From Nemertoderma westbladi (Eukaryota > Animalia > Xenacoelomorpha), in assembly GCA_032718475.1 (NCBI GenBank), contig JAUCBJ010007223.1, positions 1-64,000 on the forward strand: a stretch of 64,000 bases of DNA, written 5' to 3'. The position numbers and the translations under genes are program-made. Positions within the stretch are counted from its first letter, which is position 1; the number at the start of each line of letters is the position of its first letter. Below are positions 22,486-35,322 of this stretch, one piece after another. The notes beneath the pieces were generated by a model. It was not told the DNA's origin, made no database searches, and saw only the letters and a program-made list of their open reading frames with translations.

Positions 22486-24999
22486 TATAGACCTGATCAT
22501 AATCCGAGAAATTTATATACCGATAACTCGATATTAAATAACACGATGGCCCAAGAAAGTTTTACGCGTCAAATGGCTAGAACCGAAGCCCGGCAAGCGG
22601 TAAAGGTGGGAGAGATCGTCAAGTTCAATGGAGATGAGATGAAATGGTTACCTTTTAATGAATATTATAAAGATAACATTCAGAACTCTGTACTATCTAA
22701 TGGAGAGAAACTTAGATTCCTCATCGAGTGCTTGGAAGGATCTCCCAAGTTAATGGCGTTAAAGTTTATTGGACATCCAGACGGATTAAGACAAGTTTGG
22801 GATATACTAAACATCAGGTATGGTAATAAGACTAACATAGCTAGGTATTTATATGCGAAATTAATGGCGCCCCGAAAGTTTCTTAGCAGCGGGATTATAG
22901 AATTTTCCAATGAGATTCAGGAGATCTGTAGACAGCTAGATTGGTTAGGTAAGTCTCATGAATACCAGAACTCTATGGTTGTAGGAGCCTTAGCATCTAC
23001 TTTACCAAAGGGTGGAGTAGGTACACGCTGGGACAAGAAGGTGTTATATATGATGGAACAGCAACAACGAGACCCTACCATGGCTGATCTCATGTCATTC
23101 CTAGATGGAGAAGTGAAATTACAGCTCCTAAAACAGTCTAGAGAGAAGACACCGGAAAACAAGGTAAGTGAGAAACCCGTTTCTAGGAGAAAGGTAATAC
23201 CAGTTTGTTATACAGACGACGGCGAAAGCCAGGCTTCTCAAGAGGAAGACAGCGGAAAAGACACTGAAAGATCTTACTATGACAATAAAATGCCTAAAGA
23301 CCAGGTAAGTAAATCCAAGTCTCGACCCAATGACAGAAGAGAACCGGTAAGAAAAACCCCTCCTACGTCTCCCAAGAGAATTCATGTAAGAAAGCCCGAG
23401 GAAAGAACAAGTGTGCACCACACAGCACAGGTTAAAGTAAGTAACATCAAACCCAAATGTGTGCTGTGCGACGGGCCCCACCGCTTGAATATGTGCGATG
23501 AATTCTTAAAGAAATCATTAAAAGAGAGACGGGAAGTCATGTGGGATAAGCGGTTGTGTTATAATTGCCTCAGACGAGGACACCAACGGCGAACCTGTTA
23601 CTCCGACGCAAGGTGTGCAAAGTGCGGCGCAAAACATCATATCTTGTTGCACACGGAATTCGAACGAAACAGCCCGAGTCAGGTAAGTGAGTCCGAACTA
23701 CATGTCCAATTCAGTGATGTGAACGACACTGATCAATCTGAGATGGAAGGATTCTATACGGATGAGTTCTCCGACGAAAACGAATCCTGTTACCTGACAA
23801 ATACCGCAGTGTATCGAGCACTCATGTATGAGAAAGACACAGACAGCGACCTCACCCTAACTACTTCAGATCAACAACAATCTTGGAAAGCGCCAACTTC
23901 AAATGTAGGAATCCGAGAATTTCCTGTAGTCCAGTTACGGGTCCACGGACCTCAGAAGAGCTATATAGTGAACGCCCTCCTGGACTCCGGTAGCACAGGA
24001 ACATTCATCGATAAAGAACTAGCCGAAGTCATCTTTGCTGGACAACCCAAGTTCCGAACCAAGCTAAACATGTCAGGGATCATGCAGGTTTGGAATTCTA
24101 CTGTAGCTGCCGACTATTATATAGGTGAGTTGTCCACTCCACAGGATAAACTAGGAGAATACAGTATAAGGTCAGTAAAAATGGTGGCAATAAAGAACTT
24201 CGCTACCACCCAAGTGGAACCTTATAATTGGGACGAAGATGATCATGTCCAACAACTTAACATCCCTAGATTCGACACCGATTATCCTGGAGTACAAATA
24301 TTAATCGGTCAAAACGCGCATGAGGCGCTGGAGACATTAGAGAAACGACCTACTCAACCGCAACCACTTCAGACCTATGCGGTAAGAACTAGAGTAGGTT
24401 GGTACCTTACTGGACCTTCCCGTAGAACGCTCAGGGAAAGACTGCTTCAAGATCGCGTCTGCCAGGTGAGTGAATGGGAAGACGATACTAGTGAGGGAGA
24501 CGACCCAACTGAGGGAACACCACACTCCTCAGATAATGACAATCTTAACTCCAATGTAGATCAATGGAGATATTGCCCCAAGACGATGAATATAACTGAC
24601 ATCGCTTCCAGAGGAGCAACTCCTCAAGAACTGACAGATACTACAGACCGGTTAGGTGAACCCGACTTCCTGAGTAAGGAGGATGAATGGCCTCCCCATC
24701 TTACTCCGACTGAGATTAGACCAGCCAAGGGAGCGGAGAAAGTCAAACCTAAAACCCGGACGGGTGGATCGGAGTTATTTGAACCCGGGATAGATCTGTC
24801 GGTATTACATATTGCCAGGGACGACGCCGTGGATCTGGACCTCCCCACCGCGAGTGGATCCTTCATGAAGATCAGAGAGAGCGATTGGAGCTCTGGAACA
24901 TCAGACGTCTCGCAGGGACTCTTACCTCTCCTGCAGGGAGCGACGGACCACTATAGCTCCTGGAATCGGCTTTGTAAGGCCGTCGTGTACTTAGAGTGA
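22486..24999 (+). pseudogene. C-terminal part of the copy 2 ORF: Gag core, zinc knuckles and aspartic protease, fused in frame to the RNase H tail
   Basis: CVLCDGPH/CYNCLRRGH/CAKCGAKHH and ALLDSGSTGTFI are present. The sequence diverges from copy 1 at ~24541 and continues QWRYCPKTMNITDIASRG...EPDFL..WP (BEL/Pao RNase H end). No RT motifs. An integrase-terminal-like HPVGRLCLP remnant lies at ~25070. Confidence 0.85.
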
Positions 25000-25741
25000 T
25001 GTTTTTATCGTCACTATTCCAGGACGAAGAGGAATCCTGGAATTGTATTCGGGATGCAGCGACTCAATCACCCAGTCGGTCGTTTGTGTTTACCGGAAGG
25101 GAATGGAGGACTCTCCGGAAACTGTGGAAGGCAAGATTCTCTTCCCACGACCACCTCCCTAATCCTTCAAACATCTAGGGACTCCATAATGTAACAACAT
25201 ATGGAGTGGGTGTGTGACTATATTATTTTATATTTATTTTTATTATTTTATATTATGTATGTATTATTATGTAATTTTATTATAATCGTTTTCTTTAATT
25301 TCATTTAGTAGAATGTTATTTTAGCGATTATTTATTAGATTAGTGCAATATATATTCGCGTTTATTACTTAATTACGTATATATTATATTTAGTGCGACG
25401 GCGAGAAATAATTCTTTTCCTCCTTCCTTACTGTCCGTATTACATTACAAATACGTAACTACAGTAAGATGACATATCCGTACTTATTAAAGTACAATAA
25501 AGCCACTACTATATTCAAGTATTATTGGTAGGCAGAGTATTAGGAATGCAAAGTTCAGATCCTCGTGTCTCGGCTAAACCAAGCTCTGGGTAGACCTTGG
25601 AAACGACTTGCCTCTTCACACTGACATTGCTTCGTGCGATATTGCTCTCATACCATATATTAAATAATACATATAGTAGCGTGATGTCCCTCTAACAGTA
25701 GCGTAAAACACACATAAATCTGTTAAACCTTTTGACCATCT

Positions 25742-26025
25742 GTAATTCTAGTCGATTAAGATATCGCGGCACCCACCGATATACTTGAAAGACAAAATTC
25801 TAGAATCAGTGGTTAACGTCCCCAGACAAGTTCTGGAATAAATCGGTGCCCATCTCAAATATTAATTATTTAATATTTGCAAATCTAATAAATCAAAATC
25901 TGTAAAATTCAGATCCTTCAACAATTCTAGTCAATTAAGATATCGTAGCATTTACCGATATTCTTAAAAAGACAATTTTCATAGAATTAAGGATCTTGTG
26001 TCCCCAGACATGTTCTAGAATCAAA
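25742..26025 (+). repeat. Diverged ~180-bp-period duplication in the copy 2 3' region
   Basis: AATTCTAGTC(G/A)ATTAAGATATCG...TCCCCAGACA at ~25744 and ~25923. Confidence 0.6.
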
Positions 26026-26872
26026 ATATGTCAATTTAATTATCAAATAATAAAATTTCAGGGAATAAATTTAAATTCATGTCTTTTAATGAATTTAATA
26101 AATTGCCATTTTTACGCAATTTATAACATTCCCAAAATTCCATTAATTAATAGATCAAGGGAGCGGAGATTTATCTTATTATGCGTATGAGTGTGCGAAA
26201 GTCTCCCAAACATAGTCAATAGCCGATAAAATTCATAAAGCCATGTATAAAACAGGACATTGACCATTAAAGAATTACTATTAAATAACATCCCAGATCT
26301 GTATGCATTGGAATTACCCTAATTCTACCGCTAGCTTTGCATAATGTCACCATAGCAACAACCACGCTAGAATTAGAATTGAATTAAAAGAACAATAGAC
26401 AGCTTGTCCCATTGAATAGCATAGGAAATAAATAGCGCACTGCTAGTATCCAAGGATACATGATAATAACGTGACATTCTGGAAGGCACTGACTAACGGA
26501 CAAGTGACCCGAGTGTGTGTAATTTGTGACAAATTGTGTGTGTGGTATTTGTGAGTTTATAGGCGAATGTTACTACTAAGGTGTGTTTACAGTAGCGAGT
26601 CGCAATTGTGAAAGTAACCCTAACTCTCCAGTAAGAACCTGAGGTGTATCTAAGCCTTTGGGACGGACAGTCGAGTGACTTGTGCCGGTTGTCGTTGTCG
26701 TTGTGCGGCTACGTCGTTGGCGAAAGTACAGCGGCGACGACACATCGGCGCTGAGGATCTCGCACTGTCCGGGGGCTGATTGGGGTAGGCAGCGACGCTC
26801 GCTAGCCTAAATATAAACTCATTATAATATTAATAAACTCATATATAGCAGATATGACGGAGTTGATAGAAG

Positions 26873-28182
26873 ATGGTCTTGGTATCAGGGAGCGATATAC
26901 TCTACTTTCAAGCGTTTGTTGATAGCTTGATACGCGGTGATACTAGCCCAACTACTACGGAGGATGATGGTCGTTATATCGAACCTACGATTTCCTGGAA
27001 GCAACTTACGCGTGAATTGGACTATGGAAAATTCACCGCTCGCTACACGCATTGTAATGGTATGTATATGGACTTCTTAACCATTGGCCATTCTATCGAT
27101 TTACACGATACGGACTATGTCGAACATATCCTACCCAGAGGAGTCGAAACGATAAACCAAAATTCTAATGCGAAAATCCTATTCGAAATCGACTCGAAAG
27201 AAAAGACATTAAAGAAACAAATAAACGCGGTAACTCCAACATATATTTGGAATTCTTGATAGAAGCATTGTAACAACAAATAAATATCATCCACGTTTCC
27301 CCTACCAGACGTGCGTCTTTGGTATTATTACGATAAATGCCCTAGACCCAGCCAATAAACGGAAAGACATAAACATCCACGGAAACGTTGTGTTAAACAC
27401 AGTTGTGCTCGTTATATTTACTGGAGTTTCGAGCGAAACTTGTTTGACGTATCACCTATGCTCACTCGGCTCGAACGATCCTGGAGTAAACCTACGATCA
27501 GAGTCCCGGAATACTCGGTCAAACCTCCTCATTCCTTAGTTGGACCTCAGACCTGCGATCCTGGTGGTGTCGCGGATCCTCGCGGACTGTATTCACTGTT
27601 CAAAGATCTAGTGCTACCCTAACAATTAATCGGTAACACTCCGACAGTGGTTTCTAGCTAGCCGCCCATCTTACCTAGCCGGATTGTGACGCGAACACCT
27701 AATATCACTATCCAACCGTATGGTCGTCCCCGTTTAACGCGATACAACCCTTCATCAAGGTGAAGGAGAGCGTTGTATGAAACGAGTTAAACGCTATTCT
27801 ATAAAGATCAAAAAAGAAACCTGCGTTTGTTCAGATAAACGTAAGTTATAACAGTAAGTCCAATCGATAAACGAATTGGCCTTATCTCAGTTCGATTGGG
27901 AAATCTCGAATCTCTAAGAAGATATCAAGCTTAGAAAACCCTATTCTCTGCGAGAGTTTTGGACGAACGTATCCCATGACAAGCGGAGGAAAATCAGCTC
28001 GAGGAGAAGCATATCGAAATGGACGAGACACCGACCGTAAACCCAAACCTTCTAATGCAATTGTATTGCACCCTTTACCCAGGAGTTATAGCCTTTCTAG
28101 TAAAGTGGCTCGCCCCAAAGAGAAAAGGACTCTTGCTGGCCTCGGGAAACTGCGTGAACGCCGTCCGCGCAAGAAAAACTAA
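26873..28182 (+). pseudogene. Possible decayed extra ORF in the env position of copy 2, function unknown
   Basis: A 128-aa ORF, a ~95-codon open frame overlapping its end (ILDRSIVTTNKYHPRFPYQTCVFG...) and a basic 68-aa ORF ending ~70 nt before the PPT. The region is more GC-rich than its flanks. No recognisable motif. Confidence 0.35.
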
Positions 28183-28260
28183 CTGTTTAGAGTATCTTTA
28201 TGTTTTAGAAACTGTGATTTTTATATTTTATAGACTGAAAATCCCATTTTCTGGGAGCGG

Positions 28261-29480
28261 TGTAAAAGCTTTTGCGGAATTGCCCGGTTATTTTTCCTTA
28301 TTTTTCCCGTAAAATACTCTGTAGTTGGTTTAGTAGGCGTAGGAGGCCGTATTATTGCTGTATCGGTGTTTTTTAGAGGACCTAAGAGCTATTTCTTCCG
28401 TATGTGTACTTTGGAAGACATGGTTGGTGATTCTATGGCAATTCTATGACGCAAAAGGGGCTAGATACTCTTGAACAGTAGTTACTATGACGACGGTTAA
28501 CAGCTGATATTCATACGTGTCGATTTTCTTTGTTCTACGGCTTCTCTTAGTTCAGTCAACCAATCAGAGCGTTTTTACGGCTCTTGTACAGAAATTTCCG
28601 AGAAATCACGCAATGCATTATGGGCAGTGTTATCATTCTGTCCTGAGCCAGGAAGAACGGCTTTGGAATATTTTGTGCTGTTCTGCTTTTAGCCTAACAC
28701 TAGTAGGCTTAATTATAAGGACATATATCCGTTATCTGTGCAACTCAATACTTACCTACTAACCTAACTCAACTGGGCAATGCATATATCTTGTTGTACA
28801 TACTTTTATATTGTTATACTGCTATTTACTGTCGATTATTCATTATATGGTGATGAAATATTATATTGGAATAACGAGAAATAACCCCGAAAACCCAATA
28901 TTCTTGATATACCGAAGGTAAGAGAGACAGGTTACATATAACGATTGTGACTTATGTTAAAGTGGTTTGAAGTGAATCTAATGTTATCTGATAGACCCTA
29001 CATGAGTCGGTCTGTGTTCCTTTTATATGTGACTAAAATCAGTGAAGATCGGCAGATCAGTGTGCAGTATTGTGCAGCATTGTGTATGAGTGAGACTGAT
29101 AACGAAGCATTTCCTAAAGAATGCGCCATATATGTGAATTGTAACTAAGCCATATCGTTGCGTGTAGTTTAAGTCATAACTCTGTTTATATAGATAGAGC
29201 GCCACGTCCTAAAGGAACTGCTAATATTCCCCGAAGGTGAATAATATTGTCAGAGATTATATAACACGATCAGTCGAATAATACAGTAGGCTTACATAGC
29301 AATACGATTAAGCCGTCGAACCCAATCTCCCGGGTATATCCAGCGGGTGAATGATCGCGCACGGATTGGTTTCAACTAGTGTAGTGAATCAAATACTTGT
29401 CAGAGGCTAAAAGCGATTTATTATCTAGAAGACATCCTAATTTGGCGGGTTAAACTGCCAAAGGTCTGAAAGCGCGAACA
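28261..29480 (+). repeat. 3' LTR of copy 2 (1220 bp)
   Basis: TGTAAAAGC...GCGCGAACA, preceded by the PPT at 28253..28260 and followed by a G-run. Confidence 0.92.
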
Positions 29481-29785
29481 GGGGGGGTGGGGGGGGGGGG
29501 GTGTTACCATCTTTCCTATGTTCTTTGACAACCTTACACTCACTACTGTATATTGTATTGTATTCTGTGGTGTACCGGTACATCTTTAGTTACAGTTTCA
29601 AGCCCGAGGAACGGATTACGTTCAGATTTGAAATTACTTTCATTTTGTCATTCCCCAACTGCGTTTTATATATAATAACTTTGCAATTATCCTTGCCACG
29701 CTTTATATTTTTACTGGTCGTATAGTATATACTTACTGGATAACTATGAAAAATTTTGGCTAAGTGCAAAAGGTTCTCAGTTCAT

Positions 29786-29912
29786 CCGAACCATACACAA
29801 CCCACCACCGAACCACCCCTTCGCGGACGAACCATTCATACACAACCCACCACCACTTCACAGCCGAACCATTCATACACCATACGAACCATTCATTCAT
29901 ACCACCGAACCA
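29786..29912 (+). repeat. Short degenerate tandem repeat (CGAACCATTCATACAC motif)
   Basis: About six CGAACC-containing units. Confidence 0.5.
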
Positions 29913-30798
29913 AATTCCATGTGCGGCCGGTGATTGGCTAATTCAAGAGCTTTAATTTTAGATACTTTTGATTATTATAGTGATAAATTAAACAAAGCAC
30001 AATATTTCGGAAATATACTCTCTGAGAATTAGCGACATTCCATAGCGCGACAGCGCCTACAGCGCCCACCGCGCCTACTGAATTGATGAACAATGCATAT
30101 AAAATCTAGCACATCCCCAATTTATTTAATTTATAAAATAGGTCCTACATGCTACATGATACATTACATTGCCCACCTGCGCTATACATTTAATAATTAA
30201 GTAGACAATTATTTTCTAACCAATCACACTTCAGATATAGTAAGTGGTTTACTAACTACCTGCATTTTTTATAGTCATCACTTTCATTTATTTTTCTTTT
30301 ACTAAATGTTGTTATCGTTTATAGTAGTTTCCAAAAGTTTCCAAGTTGTAATGCCTATTTACATCTTTTAGATGTAGATGTGCTACACGTAACGCAAAAG
30401 TACAATTTTCTTCACCGTTTGGTCTGTGTCCTCCCAAACACACAGCCTATGATCATAACTACGAAGTGTCAGTTAGAACAGACTGGGTCTGAAGCTGTAA
30501 TTGCTGCTATACAGTTTCCTGCCTGATGCTGACCAGTAATTTCGCCAAAATGACTACAGAATAGCCCAATGTGACCACAAATAACGCATTCCCCAAGCAG
30601 CATACACTGTACTGTACGTGTAAAATTTGTCACAATAAATCGACGGTTCACGTGCTTGGGATGCGAACTTGTGATCAATGTAACATTAGCTCTGATAGGT
30701 GGTCGGGTGTTAAAAAGGATTAGCTAGGACAGACACATATACAGACAGATAATATTTATATGCTGTATATGGATATATTTGTATATAGATAGATGTGA

Positions 30799-31025
30799 TT
30801 GCTAGTAATTTTGTTCGCAGATGATTTTGTATTTTATACTTCAAATAAAGAAGAATTACAATGTGCGATAGACAAGTTGCACAGCTATTGCTCAGAAAAT
30901 GAATTAACTGTGAACTTAAAGAAGTCGTAAATAGTAAAGTTTAGACGAGGAGGACGGTTGATAAATGATGATAAATTTTATTATAATGATAAAGAAATCG
31001 AAATTTCAAATGAATACTGTTACGA
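30799..31025 (+). pseudogene. LINE RT fragment (RTEX-like)
   Basis: LLVILFADDFVFY...LQCAIDKLHSYCSENELTVNLKKS*IVKFRRGGRL...IEISNEYCY. Confidence 0.75.
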
Positions 31026-32831
31026 TGTATGGTGTTGTGTCAGAAACAGCTCATTATTCAGTACAAAATAAATTAGAGAAGTGTATATCAATACGCAATT
31101 GTAGTATAATTAGATTAGGTAAATAAAATCGACAAGTTCGTTTTATATTCATTTAATTTTATACAGTATGTAGCTTTAATTACGTATATTTTATAATAAA
31201 ACCGCAGTGTATTAATTTACGGTGGCAAAGATCTACAAATCTAGTATACAAATTTGCCGTTATATAATATCTATTGAATCTACTTAATAATTGTGCGAAA
31301 TTCGCCTATATTTCTATATTAATCGATATTTGTGCTAAATCTTCATTTAAATTGTACTTTTAATAATTGCCAAATTAATTTAGGGCATTTGTGCGTTCCT
31401 GCTCGCTGGTTGGTCGAGAGCCCAGCTGGGAGGACCCTGGATCTGGACTGATCATGTGAGAATGACTGAGATTGCGTCATTATTCAGTTTTTTGTCAGCC
31501 ATCTTGAATTTCTTAAATTCGTGTTTCTTACTGACTGGAACTTTGCTGCTTTCTGCTTATAAAATGTGACTTTGATAAATGATTACTGCTACAGATTCAT
31601 GATTTTGATTAACTCTGATTGTATTATAACTGCTACAATGTAATAAATCTCAGTAATCTTTGTTTCTTCGAAAGACTGCCTGATTGTTTGATGCATTATT
31701 ATGCCTTTACGATAACAGTTCTCTTTAGCATGCAAGGCTAAAGTAGGCGTAGCGGGCGCACTACCCGGGAATGGCGACGGAGTGAGTAGAGGATCCAATG
31801 CACGGCAGTGCCGGCAAGGCGAGTGAATGTTTGGGACGGGCTGATTGAAGTCTAGGACTGGGGACCGGTCACCTTAAGGTGGTGAGGGCAGGGCGATCCA
31901 GATCCTGTCTCTCATTGTTTTTAAGTTAATTTAGAGGGGGAAATCATATTAGGCCTAGGTGACCTTGGGTTTTCACACTAATAACCGAGCTAAAGGCTAA
32001 AAAAGGCTAATGTTAGTAACTGAGATAACAGCTAACGCTAAGCTAAGTTAATGACACAAATGCGATACGGTAAGTTTGCCTGTTGTATTGTTTAGAAAGT
32101 GTTTGATTCTTTGCTGTAATGTTTTAGATAGACGCTATTTCTTGATTGTTTTCTATTTCTGAAATGAATGCTTGCTTGATTTGCATTTAGGTCAAATAAT
32201 ACAGTATTTAGGCTGACTCTAGTGTAACCCAGAAGCGTAACTAGTTGGTGTTACAATTCTGGAATACATTAATTTAGGTAGTTCGCAACTCTGTATGTTT
32301 AAATAATTGTAGTTCACACCAGTATTTAGGGTAAATAAAAGTTCATATGCTGCATAGTGGAGAGTAGTTTAGTTATTTACTCTTAGGGAATATTTGAACG
32401 AATCTATGCTAGGCGGTTATCTGAAAATAGCGGGTTCGCAAGTTCCACAATAGTCACAAGTGTCACAAGCAAGCAGTGATATAGCTGATTACAGTCAGCA
32501 CAAGGTCCAAAGTAGTGGTTTTGGGTAAAAATAAAATATACTTGTCCGTTTGTAACATTAAATATTCTCCAAATCAACATTCGATTACCTGATGAATTGC
32601 TTTCTTTCTCTGCGAAAAGTGAACAGAATGGAGTTCTGATTCACCTGCACTCATATTAGTAGCCTGGGAAGCCAAAATCGGATTTATTGTTTTGGTTATT
32701 TCTGTTTCGGCTTGCGTTTGCTTGATTAGCTTGATATGTTATAGTTTGATTAAACCAATTTGTTTCATTTGAAAATACAAACAAATCAAAAGAAAGAAAG
32801 CCCCCTTTATTAGGTGTGATTTCTTTACAAA

Positions 32832-33518
32832 TACGAATACCTAGGAGTAACGCTTCAGTCTAGCTTGACGTTCACACGGTATTTAAAAGAGAAGCGAGTT
32901 AAAGCAGCAGCCGAGTCAGCATCCATTAGGAATTTACAGAGATTATCACTCGAAGCTGATAAACGATATTTTAGTATAATGATACAAGCTATTGTTTGTT
33001 ACGCCATAGAATCATTCTGGTATGACCTAAAAGAACACCATCTAGAATTAATCGACGGTTGTTTATTTGATTTTATGAAGAAAGTACTTCGTCTCCCCAG
33101 TCCTCCTTATGTACAATATGCCTCTATTGACAGAAGAACTTGTATCTTCTGGGAGAGTAAGCCGCACAGCCGCGTTTGACAAATATCTCCCCGGGGTTGA
33201 AGGAGTTCTTTTTATCGCCAGCAATGACTCAAAGAAGATGGACTGAAACAAAATACGCTAAACGTCATCTAGTAACAAGACTAAGTTCCCGCGGATTCCA
33301 CTTTAAGCTCTGTAATTGTAACGACAAAGATGAGTCTTCTCCATTTCCATGATATTTGTAAACTCTGTGGAAGCTCCTGTACACTTCTGCATGCTCTTGA
33401 GTGTCCAGTCATCAAACCCCACGACCTTCACTATCTCTATAAAATATCTTAAAAGTCTCGAAATATTATGACTTACTATGAATCAATTTTACCACTTTTA
33501 AACTATTTATTTATTTAC
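32832..33518 (+). pseudogene. 3' fragment of a LINE (RTEX-like RT thumb, Cys/His tail, ATTT-repeat end)
   Basis: YEYLGVTLQSSLTF...FMKKVLRLP, a downstream CKLCG...HALEC and (TATT)n at ~33504. Confidence 0.6.
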
Positions 33519-33742
33519 TTAAACAATAACTAATACTAACAGGCCGAAAGATGCCTCCTTTTAAAGTATATATTTTATTTATGGGTGCAATTTTATTTGG
33601 TTTTATTGAAATACATACGCCCCTCAGATAAAGATATATATATAGGCATAATTGTATAATTGTACTCTTGTAATTTCTCAGATTGTGAAAATATAGTACA
33701 GTACGAAACGATTTTATTTGACATACTGGTATTTACTAATAT

Positions 33743-34084
33743 ATGAAAATCAAGTTGTCTTCATTACTTAAAGAAATGATTTTACCCACGATGTTGGCCA
33801 CCCTGGCCATCCTATATGTCATAACCAATCTGGTAACTTCATCACTTGGATCATTATATAGCAACAGTTTCTGTACAAACACGATAACAGTTGGAGTATC
33901 AGTTGTAACGTCATCATCCCACTTCTGCAGCATTGAGTGCGAGAAAATACATCAGGATTGTTTGGGGTTCAGCTACAGGGAAGGTGTTTGTACGATAAAT
34001 CAGGAGGATTGTCTCGCGGAGATGAATGATTGGGAGGAGGCGGATACAGGAGAGAAACGGTGGATCAGTAGAGAAAGAGGTTAG
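33743..34084 (+). CDS. Putative small secreted cysteine-rich protein with a PAN/apple-like pattern
   Basis: Hydrophobic signal-like MLATLAILYVITNLVTSSLG, then C...CSIEC-x6-CLGFSY-x4-C; start codon ambiguous (33743, 33776 or 33791). Confidence 0.5.
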   Translation: MKIKLSSLLKEMILPTMLATLAILYVITNLVTSSLGSLYSNSFCTNTITVGVSVVTSSSHFCSIECEKIHQDCLGFSYREGVCTINQEDCLAEMNDWEEADTGEKRWISRERG

Positions 34085-34681
34085 ATACGAAAAACGGTAG
34101 AACGACAGAATGGCAAAATTTAAGCAATGAATTTTGATGCTAAAATCAATATGTAAATCATCAGAAAATTTCCGAAAAACAGGCCATTTATGCCTTTTCA
34201 CTACTACTATTACTACTAGGTCAAGCAACTCGGACTATGGAAATGAGGTCATTATAGTCTTTCCTTCTCCATGGATGTCATAATTTCACTTCTTCGAAAT
34301 CCAGTATCCCTTTCAAGTGTTCAATGCCTGCCTTTTTACCCTAAAAGTAGATACTGTGAATCTTAGTCTGCTTTCAAGTATTGCGTAATGCCCACACTGT
34401 AAAGCATTGAAAGTCACTACTATCCAGGGACCAGAGTAAGAGCCGAGCATGGACTGCCATATAGCATAACAAAGTCTTAAAGAATAAATCGAAGCTAAGA
34501 GGAAGTGGGAACAAGTTTAAGAAGTTTATCTTTCTGAGGAGAAGTAGCTCAAGCGCCGCATGAATGATGCTTATAAAGAATGGTGGTCTCCATGATCTGA
34601 ATAATCCCAATGGGTTATATGTGTCTCCTTTGAGATGGGTTCGAAACAAAGAGTGACAATTCGTCGACTACCTGTCCATAC

Positions 34682-34870
34682 TTGGACGTAATTGTGATTA
34701 CTGAAAGTCACCGCGACCTATTCTTTAAATACTGCAGTTGGTTAGGTAATGCACGTTCTATATCAAATCGGAAAGCTAAAAAATGCTTTGGGAGGGTTGG
34801 GGTACTAATTAAAGATTTGGTATTCAGTAGTTACAATGTAAAAATTTTAGAAGAATTCGTAGACCTTTTG
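34682..34870 (+). pseudogene. LINE AP-endonuclease fragment
   Basis: LDVIVITESH...WLGNAR...RKAKKCFGRVGVLIK resembles the APE D-I-x-ET and GGV motifs. Confidence 0.45.
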
Positions 34871-35322
34871 TTGGTTTCAAAAGTTCAGTTCAGTTTAGTT
34901 CATCAAATAGTTATATATCAGTATATAGTACAGTATAGTATAGTATAATTATACAAATACAATAACTGCCAAGCTCATTGTGTATACCTGCAGTCGTGTG
35001 TACTGTACTGTATAAGTAGGGGCAATAGTCTCTGCATTAGATATTCTAGTATCTAGTACCTACCAGCCTACTGCAGTGCAGTACCGGTTACCAGCCTGAC
35101 CTGTTGTCAGAAAGACTAACAATTACATACTGAATTACTGACTGACTGATACGAGTTTGGTCAGTTGGTGCTGGAACTTGTTATTTACATCCTAAATTGC
35201 TATTTTGTGGCCGATGGTGTATGTTACCGGTAACCAAGTAGTCCTTGCCGGTAACAACCAACATCTGAACATCTGAACATGGCTGCATGGCCTGGCCTTC
35301 CCTAGCGAAGTCAGGATTTACC

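Larger units (their letters stand above)
9305..29480 (+). mobile_element. BEL/Pao LTR retrotransposon, copy 2; non-autonomous deletion derivative with nested insertions
   Basis: Direct repeats 9305..9509 + 12317..13331 versus 28261..29480, with TGT...ACA ends. G-runs flank both sides (GGGGG TSD in a poly-G tract). PPT GGGAGCGG precedes the 3' LTR. Confidence 0.9.

Noticed and set aside
26720-26760. Possible hammerhead ribozyme (GAAA ... CTGAGGA)
   Set aside because: I could not form the required stems around the core motifs.
30799-33518. Treating the two RTEX-like fragments as one interrupted element
   Set aside because: They overlap at the Y-x-Y motif with different sequence (EYCY versus KYEY) and no TSD was found, so they are kept as separate fragments.
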